Virus record (IMG/VR): IMGVR_UViG_3300037297_000216
Length of the DNA: 35,831 nucleotides
Direction: 5' to 3' (one strand)
Source: an uncultured virus (IMG/VR IMGVR_UViG_3300037297_000216)
Lineage: Duplodnaviria > Heunggongvirae > Uroviricota > Caudoviricetes > Crassvirales
Position numbers and translations under genes: made by a program
In this document: positions 19,431-29,266 of the stretch, piece by piece
Numbering within the stretch: position 1 is the stretch's first letter
How the letters are laid out: each line of letters begins with the position of its first letter
Notes under the pieces: generated by a model
What the model was told of the DNA's origin: nothing
Seen by the model: the letters and a program-made list of their open reading frames with translations, nothing else
The model's database searches: none

Positions 19431-21458
19431 TTAATCTTTAAAAGTAAAACCTAAATCAGAATTATATAAAAGACTTGGTATAAGAGAACTTAATAATGCA
19501 AGTTTTTCTTTATCTCTTTGAGTCATATTTTTCATTAACTTCCTTTGCTGAGCATATTGCTGTATTCCAGAAAGACCAGCACCCATCATTTTTCTCCTAG
19601 CAGCTTCATTCCTTAAATTAATGTCAGCTACATTATATCTTGTAGTAGCAATATCTTTACCTAAATACATATCAAATAAAGCCTGATCCCTTAAATATTG
19701 ATTTTCTACATTTTGTTTTTGAGCAATTGCTTCAGCATCAGCTCGTTGTCTTGCTGCTTGACCAGTCTGTAGATTAGCTAAGTACCTTGCTTTACTGGGA
19801 GCTGCTTGCCTCACACCATAATTATACGTAGATTGAGCTAATCTGTTTCGTTCTAATATAGGATTTATATTGAATTTTCTATTTTTCAATGTATTTCTTA
19901 TATCGCTTATATAAGGATTCTGAAAATCCCTAGCATTTAACCTTGTAGGACTTTTTAAACCTTGGCTGATATTATAAGCTATAGGAGCTAATGTAGCACC
20001 AGTATTAAATATATCTTCGTAAGGAATATTAGAAAAATCAAAACCTCTAGTTGGAGCAGTAGGAATAGTATTCAAATAATCAGTCAACCCTTGAGTCATT
20101 GGTAAAGATGGATTTCCTTGATTAATTTTTCCAGAAATGGGAGTTACAGGAGTTAACAAATTACTTGTATAATCTTTTCCATAAGTTTGAAACATTTTAT
20201 TTGTCTCTGGTCCATATATATTATCAGGAGATATCCCATAAAAAGACTGAAAGTCTCTCATATACTGAGGATTCTCGGTGAAAAAAGAAGCACCTTCAGT
20301 TTCTTCGTATCCTGGTAATATTTTCATCCCCCCTTGTCCTTTTTTCAAAGAAGGATATTTATGATATACTTTTGCTTTAACATCTGGTCTATGATGCAGT
20401 CCAGCTAAACGTAATGCATCAACTGCATCTGCCTTAGTAGGTATAGGATATGATCTTCCTCCACCAGCAAAATCACCTGATTTAACCATAGGATAAGCCT
20501 TAGTTTTACCTTTACCTTTAGGATATCTGTCTGTTGCACCAGATAATCCCCCACCTGCAAATACTTCCATACCTTCAGCTCCTTTCCTACTACGAGCCAT
20601 TTTACGAAAAGTTTTAGCTAAATTATACCTTTTAGACCCGGGAGGACAACTTGAACTACCAAATTTAGAACCAGTACATACTCCTTCAGTTCCCCTACGT
20701 TTTATACTGGCAGTAGCTTTTTGAATCCATTTACCTCCCTTAGCAAATTCTTCCATATTATTTTCTCCACCATTTTGTATTTGTTGATCTTCAAATAAAT
20801 CATCAAACTTACGTTGTATCTTATTTAACATTAAACCAGCAGTATTAGATGTTATACCTACTGGATTCTCTAACAAAGATTCCTCATATTTATTTTGAAG
20901 CTTTTTTAATTTAGAGCCTAATTGTTTATAAGTTTTATCTCCTCCTGGTCTTAATTTTCCTAATACATCAGTTCCACTAGGTAACTGAGTAATAACTCCT
21001 CCTTGTGCATGGGAAGGAGCACTGTCTGGTATTTTATAAAGTTTACCATCTGGAGTCCTATAAACTTCACCTTTTTCTAGTTCTACCACATCTGATGTCA
21101 TTCCACCATCCTGCATTATTGGGACATAAGGATTGTACGAAGACCTAGTCGGATCCATTGCCTCACGCTGCATTGCATGTTGTCTTTCTAACTCCTCATT
21201 GTATTTTTTTGCCTTACGCTTAGCGCCAAAAGCTCCAATAAAAGACAGAGGTCCTAACGCTATATTTTTTAAAAGCCCTTGACCAAAAGCTTTCTTTGGA
21301 TCCATAAAACCTTCATCGCTCAAATCATTTAAACCTACTAAATCCCCAATACTAGAGCCTAGTTGATTAATAAGATTAGCTCCAGAAGACATCAATGATA
21401 CAGGGTTTACATTTCCCCCAGACTGCATTCGCCTTATTCGTTTACTTTTACAAGCCAT
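19431..21458 (-). CDS. Cargo protein 1-like virion protein with repeated xxxGG motifs, 675 aa
   Basis: Directly follows the muzzle gene (TAATG overlap). Gly/Ala-rich hydrophobic N-terminal stretch, VELEKGEV...PSHAQGGV motif, recurring MQSGG/MQDGG/FAKGG/FAGGG/GQGG, and a Gln/Ala-rich helical C-terminus. Confidence 0.7.
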   Translation of the reverse strand: MACKSKRIRRMQSGGNVNPVSLMSSGANLINQLGSSIGDLVGLNDLSDEGFMDPKKAFGQGLLKNIALGPLSFIGAFGAKRKAKKYNEELERQHAMQREAMDPTRSSYNPYVPIMQDGGMTSDVVELEKGEVYRTPDGKLYKIPDSAPSHAQGGVITQLPSGTDVLGKLRPGGDKTYKQLGSKLKKLQNKYEESLLENPVGITSNTAGLMLNKIQRKFDDLFEDQQIQNGGENNMEEFAKGGKWIQKATASIKRRGTEGVCTGSKFGSSSCPPGSKRYNLAKTFRKMARSRKGAEGMEVFAGGGLSGATDRYPKGKGKTKAYPMVKSGDFAGGGRSYPIPTKADAVDALRLAGLHHRPDVKAKVYHKYPSLKKGQGGMKILPGYEETEGASFFTENPQYMRDFQSFYGISPDNIYGPETNKMFQTYGKDYTSNLLTPVTPISGKINQGNPSLPMTQGLTDYLNTIPTAPTRGFDFSNIPYEDIFNTGATLAPIAYNISQGLKSPTRLNARDFQNPYISDIRNTLKNRKFNINPILERNRLAQSTYNYGVRQAAPSKARYLANLQTGQAARQRADAEAIAQKQNVENQYLRDQALFDMYLGKDIATTRYNVADINLRNEAARRKMMGAGLSGIQQYAQQRKLMKNMTQRDKEKLALLSSLIPSLLYNSDLGFTFKD

Positions 21459-24400
21459 TATCTATTAGATATTCTATATTTAATATTCATATAAGGTATA
21501 GAAAATTCATACCCAGTAGAAGAATTATTTTCATATATAAAACTACAATATAAAAACGAACTCCTCATTCTTTCTCTAAAAGTTTGAGTAGTATCTAAAT
21601 TTGAAGAATCAAAAATATCAGGATCATTAGATACATCTTTATCAACTGCGTTTCTTGGAATACCAAATGTCCAATTTCTTTCTCGTCTTTTCAAAGCTAG
21701 TTCTTTAAGTACATTATTGTTCATACTGATATTACTTTTCATTTCCCATGTATCAGTATTTTGATAATCATTGTAAAAATTTGCATATGTAAACGTAGTA
21801 TCAAATAAGTTTTTCCTAACCCCGGTAGTATCGTTTATATAATTAACTTCTGAAAAATATTCAATATTGTCCCACACCTTAATAAATGGATAATTTTCAT
21901 TACATATGAAAGTAACCTTTGAATCAGAAACTCCATTGTTATAATAACTACAACGAGTATCTGAAACATTGTGTTTATACACTCCACTACTATTTTGTTC
22001 CTCAATTGAAAGAACATTTTTATCTAACGTAATAAACATAAAAGGTTGGTACGTAAAAAAAGGACAAAACACTCCATCTAATTCATTATATACTAAAGTA
22101 TTTTCCTTCGACCCATCATTAGTTATAGAGAATAAAACATCATCATAAGTATTATCAAAAGTACCTTCAACAGAATCTATTGAAGTTAACCCCTTTAAAT
22201 ATGAATCTACTCCTTTTAACTTAGAAATTTTATTTTCATTACCATTAAAAAAATAAACTTCTTTACGTTTCTCATCAATCCAATAAATTCCTCTTTTACT
22301 TTTTACAACTCCAAATCTACTAGAAGAACCAGAAGTATTAGAAATATAATCATACCTATCTAAAACACCTCCAGTACCTAATACTAATTGATTAGTATTA
22401 TTATCAGAAATCAAAGACCTTTCATTTACAGAGAGAACTCCAAAACCATTTGGTTGAAAGTAAAATACTTTATCCTTAAAATTAAATAAGTTAGTTAACT
22501 CTCCATAGTTACTATCAACATCTAAAAAATTATTTGCTCTAAATTTTGTCCAACTATCACTAATTTCATTATTGTATTTTTTATCTGAAACTAATACCCT
22601 TGTGTCAAATTTAGTTAAATCAAAATCTAAAGAAGTTTCAGAAATTCTTGACTCAACTTTAGGTTCAATTGAATAAACAGTATTATATAAATAATAATCA
22701 TTATCTTGAACAAATGTTCCAGAAGCAGTATCATGTTCCCCTGCTGTTTCTCTAACCCAAGTAGCATCAACTTTACCCTTTATTCTATGATAAGAATCTC
22801 CATGATCATATGCAAGATTAATTTGAGATTCCACTGGAAAATACATAACATGAATACGCCTATCCCCAGAAGATTCATTTATATGATAAGTACAGCGAAG
22901 ATGATCAAACATATTTATATAACAATCTCCTCCATACACTGTTATCTGAACCCCGTCATAAGATGAATCATATCTGTTTGAACAGGGATAATATTCATTA
23001 AAAAATCTATCTGTATAAGTTATTCCCCCATATCTTGAAGTATCTACATTTCTTTTTATACAAGCATAATATATAGAATGATCGTTAGTTAAATCAGCAG
23101 CATAATAAATATCTGGTCCAGTAACATTAGAAGTAAGATCTAAAATAGCAGCTGTTCCACAAGGACCTTTATCAGTTGAAAAAGGACTATCAGCTCCTTT
23201 ATCTGTACACATATGAACATAAGGAGTAAAAACTCCTATAGAATATTCTGTATCTTCTGTTGGCGGATTTGGTGAAAGAATTTTTAAATCATCAATATCA
23301 TAAACAGGCCTATTTGAAGTACCAGGTTTTACATAAGAATTATATTTTATGAAAGATTTATCTGTACTATAATAACTACAATAATCATCCATAACATATA
23401 AAACATATAACATATCCCCTTGTGTATATTGATATTGCCCATAATTTATTTCTGGGGACATAAAAGAAAATAAATCATTATCAGGATTATCTCCTCCATA
23501 ATATCCGGCAGCCCCAGATAATTTAGCTTCAATCGGAGAAACATACATACTTAACCCAGAATCATAATAAGTATGACTAAGAGCTCCACATGCTACCACA
23601 GATTTATCGACATTCGTCCTTTCAGCTCTAACTATTCTAAAATATTCTACATCACTAGGTAAATTACTGATAGTAAACTTTATATTTAATATATTTGCTA
23701 CAATATCTGTACCACTTCTATATATTCTACTACCAGAAGCATAATGCTCTAACCTAGGCATTCTAATATCCCCAATCCATTTGGCAGTAGCTTCTCTCCC
23801 TTTAGCATCTCCGCATACTACAGCAAAACGATATACCTCATCAGGCTGATAACCTACAATATCTTCATTAAAAGGGTTAGCATAAGTAGTATAAGAATTA
23901 ACTCCATCTTGAGACAACACTAAACTTTCTGCGCCAGAATCGCCAGCAGAATAAGTTCCTCCAGTTCTTATATCTCCTTTAGTTACAGAAGCATCAGATT
24001 CTATAGTTATAACATTTGAACCATAACCATACAAAAATTCATACTCTACATTCAATCCAGAACCCCCAACTGTACTAGCATCATTTTGATAATAATATCC
24101 TTCAACTGAAATATTATTAAAATAATTTATACAATCAGCATCCTCCGGAACAGTCCACCCAGTTCCATGAGTTCCTGTATATACAGAACCTGAAGTAAAG
24201 TACTCCCAATCTCCTAAAGTAGCTGGACCTCCTTGACCTGTTCTAGTAACCCCGGCAGCATATACATAATAATAACTTCCATCTGATTGGTATAACTTAG
24301 CTACACCGCTAGAATTAAACCTATAAGACCTAACATCGAAATCAACTTCAAAAGTATCTTCTTCTATATTACCAAATAATAAATAATCATTTTTAGTAGT

Positions 24401-25396
24401 AATTTCTTTAGCAGAAAATAAAATATTACTATAAGTTACAAAATCCTCTAAACTTATTTCACTTACCGTAACTCCATTATCAGTAATATATAAATAAGTA
24501 CCAGTAGTTACTTCGACTTCCTTAACAATAGAAATAGTAGGAATTCCATTATATTCCTCATAATGAATTCTTATTAGTCTAACATAATCATAAGAATCAT
24601 CATTTTCTATTCTTAGTCTAAACCCTTTTCCACTATACTCACCACTGTCTCCTCCTCTAAACTTTGAAGCATCAACAAAAGCATATGATGAAGTAGAAAC
24701 GCTTATCTTGTCTGATAAGGGAGAATACAAACTTTCATTACCGTTCAAATTAAAAAACTGATATGCATAATAAACAACGCCAGTAATAAGACTTCCACCA
24801 GTTATTTTATTTATTACAGGTTTTCTTAGATAGGCTTTATCTATAAAATCTAATTTATGTACAGATACATAGTCATTACTTCCACTATAAGGTAGTCCGT
24901 CAGTTGTATTATTCGTAGCAATATTTATTCTTCTACTTAATTCGCTACCATCACACCAATAAACATTAATTAAATCATCATTCTCATATCGACCAACTGC
25001 TTTTACTCTGTTACTTAAAGAAAACCCTAAAGTACTTCCATCTTCTGTATCATAATCAGCAAAAACAGTACTAACGGAAACTAATTCTTCATTATCATCT
25101 AATTCTACCTTATATATACTACTTACTGAAGAACCGTCATAAGTAAATACAACTAAATAATTCCTAACTAAACAATACCCAACAATATACTCAGTAACCG
25201 GTATTCCAGTTACAGGAAATTTAATATAAGTATTAGACATTCCCTTATTATTTTTGAGAATAGTCTTCTTACCTTCTTTATCAGCAACTAATCTAAAATT
25301 TTCAGCATGATAAAAAGAATTATTTGGAATGATACTTTTATCAAAGTCCTTGTTCATCCCACCGTTAAAAGTGTGTGTAACAACTTTAGTAGCCAA
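21458..25396 (-). CDS. Tail muzzle / tail stabilization protein (P22 gp10-like position), 1312 aa, TTG start
   Basis: N-terminal HTFNGGMNKD...FYHAENFRL. Internal YRFAVV...AKWIGDIRMP, FMSPEI, VYGGDCYINMF and DSWTKFRANNFLDVDSNYGELTNL...LGTGGVLDRYDYIS. C-terminal RRERNW...RMRS. These motifs, the beta-rich composition and the synteny fit crAss-like muzzle proteins. Confidence 0.85.
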   Translation of the reverse strand: MATKVVTHTFNGGMNKDFDKSIIPNNSFYHAENFRLVADKEGKKTILKNNKGMSNTYIKFPVTGIPVTEYIVGYCLVRNYLVVFTYDGSSVSSIYKVELDDNEELVSVSTVFADYDTEDGSTLGFSLSNRVKAVGRYENDDLINVYWCDGSELSRRINIATNNTTDGLPYSGSNDYVSVHKLDFIDKAYLRKPVINKITGGSLITGVVYYAYQFFNLNGNESLYSPLSDKISVSTSSYAFVDASKFRGGDSGEYSGKGFRLRIENDDSYDYVRLIRIHYEEYNGIPTISIVKEVEVTTGTYLYITDNGVTVSEISLEDFVTYSNILFSAKEITTKNDYLLFGNIEEDTFEVDFDVRSYRFNSSGVAKLYQSDGSYYYVYAAGVTRTGQGGPATLGDWEYFTSGSVYTGTHGTGWTVPEDADCINYFNNISVEGYYYQNDASTVGGSGLNVEYEFLYGYGSNVITIESDASVTKGDIRTGGTYSAGDSGAESLVLSQDGVNSYTTYANPFNEDIVGYQPDEVYRFAVVCGDAKGREATAKWIGDIRMPRLEHYASGSRIYRSGTDIVANILNIKFTISNLPSDVEYFRIVRAERTNVDKSVVACGALSHTYYDSGLSMYVSPIEAKLSGAAGYYGGDNPDNDLFSFMSPEINYGQYQYTQGDMLYVLYVMDDYCSYYSTDKSFIKYNSYVKPGTSNRPVYDIDDLKILSPNPPTEDTEYSIGVFTPYVHMCTDKGADSPFSTDKGPCGTAAILDLTSNVTGPDIYYAADLTNDHSIYYACIKRNVDTSRYGGITYTDRFFNEYYPCSNRYDSSYDGVQITVYGGDCYINMFDHLRCTYHINESSGDRRIHVMYFPVESQINLAYDHGDSYHRIKGKVDATWVRETAGEHDTASGTFVQDNDYYLYNTVYSIEPKVESRISETSLDFDLTKFDTRVLVSDKKYNNEISDSWTKFRANNFLDVDSNYGELTNLFNFKDKVFYFQPNGFGVLSVNERSLISDNNTNQLVLGTGGVLDRYDYISNTSGSSSRFGVVKSKRGIYWIDEKRKEVYFFNGNENKISKLKGVDSYLKGLTSIDSVEGTFDNTYDDVLFSITNDGSKENTLVYNELDGVFCPFFTYQPFMFITLDKNVLSIEEQNSSGVYKHNVSDTRCSYYNNGVSDSKVTFICNENYPFIKVWDNIEYFSEVNYINDTTGVRKNLFDTTFTYANFYNDYQNTDTWEMKSNISMNNNVLKELALKRRERNWTFGIPRNAVDKDVSNDPDIFDSSNLDTTQTFRERMRSSFLYCSFIYENNSSTGYEFSIPYMNIKYRISNR

Positions 25397-26327
25397 CTGT
25401 TAAAATATTTACTCTATTTCTATAAAAAGTATCATTATAAATTTTCTGTTCTTGACCAGAAGTTGAAAAAAATGTAGAATGATCAGTTAATTCAGGCACT
25501 AACTCTAACCACTTATTTTTAATACTTTCTAACTGATCTGCATTAGGCATAATAACATTTGCATAAGCTTGTTTGCAATAAAAATTCCACTTATGTTCAG
25601 CATGATAATATACTCTATCCGTTATTCTTCCTGAAACCCATTCTGGATACAAAAGTTTAACTCTTATATACCAATATACAGCCTCTATATAACCCGGGTC
25701 ATCGGGTATTAAAGGATATCCGTCTGAATCAGTAGGTATAGCTTGATATGCTATCATTAAATACCCGTTACGAACATTTAACTTTATATAATTACTATTA
25801 AGAGTATAAGTATAATCAAATGAAAAATCTGTTGTATTGTCTGTAATTCTAAAACTATCTATATTCAACAAAGAGGTTAATTTTTCTTTGGTAATAGAAT
25901 CTGTATTTATCAACTCTAAAGCATCTTCGTAACTTAAATTATATAAATCCATAGCTAATTGAATAAGAGTACTCTCACTAGCTACAAACCCAGAAGATGA
26001 AGAATCAGTAACAGGTTGACGAGTTGCAAAAGAATTATAATTATATCTAAGAGGAAGAAAATTACCAGTAGGAGAAGTAGAATATGCAATGCCTAATATT
26101 CTATAAACATCGTCTGGAAGCTCTGCCTGATAATTGCTTACAGTTAGTAAAGGTTCGCCTTCTTTCCCTGCAACTTTTATATTATATTGACCAAACCCTC
26201 CAATCTTTTCTACAGCTTCTCCAATCCACTCTACTATATCAGAAATACGAACGGTTTCTTCTTGAATATTTGAATCCGTTAATACCTTTGATATTATCCG
26301 TTTAGAAGAAATTTGTTTATAAATCAT
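25386..26327 (-). CDS. Tail ring / tail tubular protein
   Basis: Start moved from TTG 26333 to ATG 26327 (MIYKQISSKRIISKV). EWIGEA and IAYQAIPTDSDGYPLIPDD...EAVYWYI...WNFYCKQA motifs. Immediately upstream of the muzzle gene as in crAss-like tails. Confidence 0.8.
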   Translation of the reverse strand: MIYKQISSKRIISKVLTDSNIQEETVRISDIVEWIGEAVEKIGGFGQYNIKVAGKEGEPLLTVSNYQAELPDDVYRILGIAYSTSPTGNFLPLRYNYNSFATRQPVTDSSSSGFVASESTLIQLAMDLYNLSYEDALELINTDSITKEKLTSLLNIDSFRITDNTTDFSFDYTYTLNSNYIKLNVRNGYLMIAYQAIPTDSDGYPLIPDDPGYIEAVYWYIRVKLLYPEWVSGRITDRVYYHAEHKWNFYCKQAYANVIMPNADQLESIKNKWLELVPELTDHSTFFSTSGQEQKIYNDTFYRNRVNILTVGY

Positions 26328-26799
26328 ACTCAAAATAATCTTTTAATCTATTTTTAATATATTTAGCTAAAGTACGCTTTACAGTTCTAGTAGGAATAAA
26401 TCTATACTTGGATATATTCTTAGTCATTGCATTTCTTTTATTCCAGTAAAATAAATATTTATATCCATCACTGTGCTCATTTAAATGTGTAACTTTTTTA
26501 CCACATTCTAAAGTAGTATGCCAATCTGTACTATAAAATCTTTTAACTTGATTTTCAGGTTTTATTTTCTTTTTAATTATTTGAAAAGTTCCTAATCCAC
26601 TTATTAACTTAAATTTATCAGAATCTTCTAAAATAACATTAATAATTTTTTTAAAATAAGAAGTAGTCAATCTAACATATGTAGAATATGATATATAATA
26701 AGGACTATCTTTCTCTAAATTTTTTATATAATCCTTATACATATGCCTAACAGTATAAGGACTTTTTATCTTATTTGATCCTCTACTAAAAAAAGCCAC
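26317..26799 (-). CDS. IHF/HU-like basic DNA-binding protein of the crAss-like tail module, 160 aa, GTG start
   Basis: Very Lys/Arg-rich. FKLISGLGTFQIIKKK resembles the HU/IHF 'l.gfG.F.v' strand, followed by DW..T, HLNEHSDGY and YRFIPTR. Located between two ring genes. Confidence 0.7.
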   Translation of the reverse strand: MAFFSRGSNKIKSPYTVRHMYKDYIKNLEKDSPYYISYSTYVRLTTSYFKKIINVILEDSDKFKLISGLGTFQIIKKKIKPENQVKRFYSTDWHTTLECGKKVTHLNEHSDGYKYLFYWNKRNAMTKNISKYRFIPTRTVKRTLAKYIKNRLKDYFEYDL

Positions 26800-27504
26800 T
26801 TACTTAGAAATATTAGGTTCAAACTTACTATTAGAATCTCCTTTATTATCACTAGGAGAAACAGCCTCTATCCCCAACTCTTTAGTTAGAATTAACTCTT
26901 TAAGAACTGGGATTTTATCCATAGGAATAGGATATTTATCATCATAAGAAGCTACTCTTTGATTAGTTAAAGGATTTGTAAGTTCATAAACTTCAACAGG
27001 ATTCTCAAATATTCCCCTAACTAAAATATATTGCAAACCTTTATTATTATTATAAAGATATATATATCTATCTTTCAAATAAGCTATCACATCGTTAGAA
27101 GTATATTTTTTATATTTTTGATGATTAGTTCTACTAACTCCATTTGAAAGCTGTATTTCATTACCTGATAAATCCCCGACATGGGTTATACCTGATTTAA
27201 AATTTAAATCTATCGTATTAGGAACATTTAAAGAAGTTCTATAAATATATTTTCCAGTTGAAATAGTAGTATCACTGCCAGCCAAATCCTCTTTTACTAA
27301 TTTAAAAGGAATATTTTGAATATAGTCTGTATCAACAAATTTATTTTTATCTAAATCCCTTTTTAAAAGAAAAGCTCTATATTGATGTATCCAAGCTTCA
27401 ATTTGTCTTTTTGATATAGGTTCACTAGAATTCAACTTTGATCCTCTAACAATATTTAAAAGATCATTAACTATACTATTAAGACTAACAAATTCTATAC
27501 TCAT
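26800..27504 (-). CDS. Tail ring (structural) protein, 234 aa
   Basis: SLNSIVNDLLNIVRG...ISKRQIEAWIHQYRAFLLK, VRGIFENP, YPIP and C-terminal PSDNKGDS motifs, plus position in the crAss-like tail block. Confidence 0.75.
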   Translation of the reverse strand: MSIEFVSLNSIVNDLLNIVRGSKLNSSEPISKRQIEAWIHQYRAFLLKRDLDKNKFVDTDYIQNIPFKLVKEDLAGSDTTISTGKYIYRTSLNVPNTIDLNFKSGITHVGDLSGNEIQLSNGVSRTNHQKYKKYTSNDVIAYLKDRYIYLYNNNKGLQYILVRGIFENPVEVYELTNPLTNQRVASYDDKYPIPMDKIPVLKELILTKELGIEAVSPSDNKGDSNSKFEPNISK

Positions 27505-27505
27505 T

Positions 27506-29266
27506 TTATTTAGTATTATGAACTTTTATTTCGGAGCCTCCTTTGAATTTTCTATCAAAAATTATAATTCGATTTCCCTCTTTATACTTTCTATCGTACA
27601 ATAAAATTTCTTTAGGTCCAAAAGTAACAAGTTGATATTCATAAGGACCAATATCACCAGCAATTCCACTAGGGATAGTTTTATGATCTAAATCTAATAC
27701 CCATGTTACTGATGTTGCCGAATCAACCTGGTACGAAGTAGATAAAGGTCGATATCTAATAGTATCTATAAATGTAGGTATATTACAAAATGAATTAGCA
27801 TCATACCCGTTCATTTGCCAGTCTTCAAGTGTTAAATCACTTGAAGTTCCTTCTCGCCAATATCCTATGCTATCAAAAAAATTATAATCGGATGTTAAAA
27901 CAACGTTTTGATGTATATAATAATAATAATTGCAATTATTGAATAAATTATTTTTTGATACTATAGTGTTGTTATCATCAGCATATGAATCTATAGCTCT
28001 GATTACATCTGTGAAAATATTATTCCAAATATTCACGTTATGATATCTCGTGTAAATTGCCCTGTCAAATCCTTCAACTATATTGTTATAAATATAAAAA
28101 CCATTTCCCGGTTTTATCCCGTTACAATCAGTTCCACATCCGTCAGGAGCTTCAATAAAATTTCTTCTAATCGTGTCTCCTTCAGCAATGGTTCCAAATC
28201 CAAATTCATTTGTAGAACTTGCAACCAACCAGTTATCTTCAAGTATACCCCAAGGTCCTCCATTACCTTCCCCGCAAGTTCCTCCAGGTTCAGGATCGTA
28301 ATCATGACTACACGAAATAACCCCTTTCCCCGTTAAACTTCCATATGTACTCATATAATTATGGTGAACATGATAATAATCCGCAACGCAATTTAATTGC
28401 ATGACACATCCTGTTCCTGCGGGAGCCCATCCACAATGCATGCATTTATTATATGCAAATTCAAGATGTTTTGATCTCCCGTAAAATCCCTCAGATCCAA
28501 CAGAGTCGAGAATGCAATTTAATATTTTTAAATATTCTGGAGTTTCTGCATTTACATTTGTCGTAAAAATCATGTGTAAATCAACCGTGGATGTTGAAAT
28601 TCCATGAATATACAGATTCCTTAATATTGAATAATCCGATATTGTCACCCGAATTGCATTACTAGAATTACCTGTTATTTCAAGATTTTCAAGTATAACC
28701 GTGTCTTCATTATTAATATCAAAAGCATACGTGTTGCTTCCCGCGTCAATATAAGGCAATGCCCCATTACCTCTGGCTCCTATAAACACATCATTCACGT
28801 TAAAATCAATTTGTGGATGGCTACTATATGTAGAATCCCTGTAATAAAAATAATAATAATGTGATGTAAAATTGTTATCATTATAACTCGCCGGGGTTTG
28901 ATTAACAATAGAATCGGAATGAGCTACATAAATATACACGCTTGCATCATCTGTCATCGTACTGTCAGTAATCCTATATGTGTACTTAAAAGTTTTTGAT
29001 TGTTGCAATTTTGCTGCATCCGAAAGTTCTATTTTACCCCCGCTTGTTATCGTGAACGCGTTAGCCGTATCTTGTACTTCGCTATATACAATACTGCAAA
29101 CATTACAAAGGGTATCCCTATTATAATTTATTGCCACTGCACCAATATCATCTCCATTTATAGCATCGAAGGGCATGACAAAATTATAATCATGTGCCAT
29201 ATCTACATTTTGCCCAAAACAAAATAAAGGTATAAACAATAATATAAAAAATAATAACCTCTTCAT
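27506..29266 (-). CDS. Secreted right-handed beta-helix (pectin-lyase-like) protein with cadherin-like N-domain and choice-of-anchor-Q-like C-terminal motif, 586 aa
   Basis: Signal peptide MKRLLFFILLFIPLFCFG|Q. AFTITSGGKIEL...YRITDS is cadherin-like. Repeated 'ILENLEI/ILRNLYI/IYNNIV/IWNNIF/KNNLF' rungs. DLD....P.....DIGPYEY motif. Many Cys. Confidence 0.7.
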   Translation of the reverse strand: MKRLLFFILLFIPLFCFGQNVDMAHDYNFVMPFDAINGDDIGAVAINYNRDTLCNVCSIVYSEVQDTANAFTITSGGKIELSDAAKLQQSKTFKYTYRITDSTMTDDASVYIYVAHSDSIVNQTPASYNDNNFTSHYYYFYYRDSTYSSHPQIDFNVNDVFIGARGNGALPYIDAGSNTYAFDINNEDTVILENLEITGNSSNAIRVTISDYSILRNLYIHGISTSTVDLHMIFTTNVNAETPEYLKILNCILDSVGSEGFYGRSKHLEFAYNKCMHCGWAPAGTGCVMQLNCVADYYHVHHNYMSTYGSLTGKGVISCSHDYDPEPGGTCGEGNGGPWGILEDNWLVASSTNEFGFGTIAEGDTIRRNFIEAPDGCGTDCNGIKPGNGFYIYNNIVEGFDRAIYTRYHNVNIWNNIFTDVIRAIDSYADDNNTIVSKNNLFNNCNYYYYIHQNVVLTSDYNFFDSIGYWREGTSSDLTLEDWQMNGYDANSFCNIPTFIDTIRYRPLSTSYQVDSATSVTWVLDLDHKTIPSGIAGDIGPYEYQLVTFGPKEILLYDRKYKEGNRIIIFDRKFKGGSEIKVHNTK

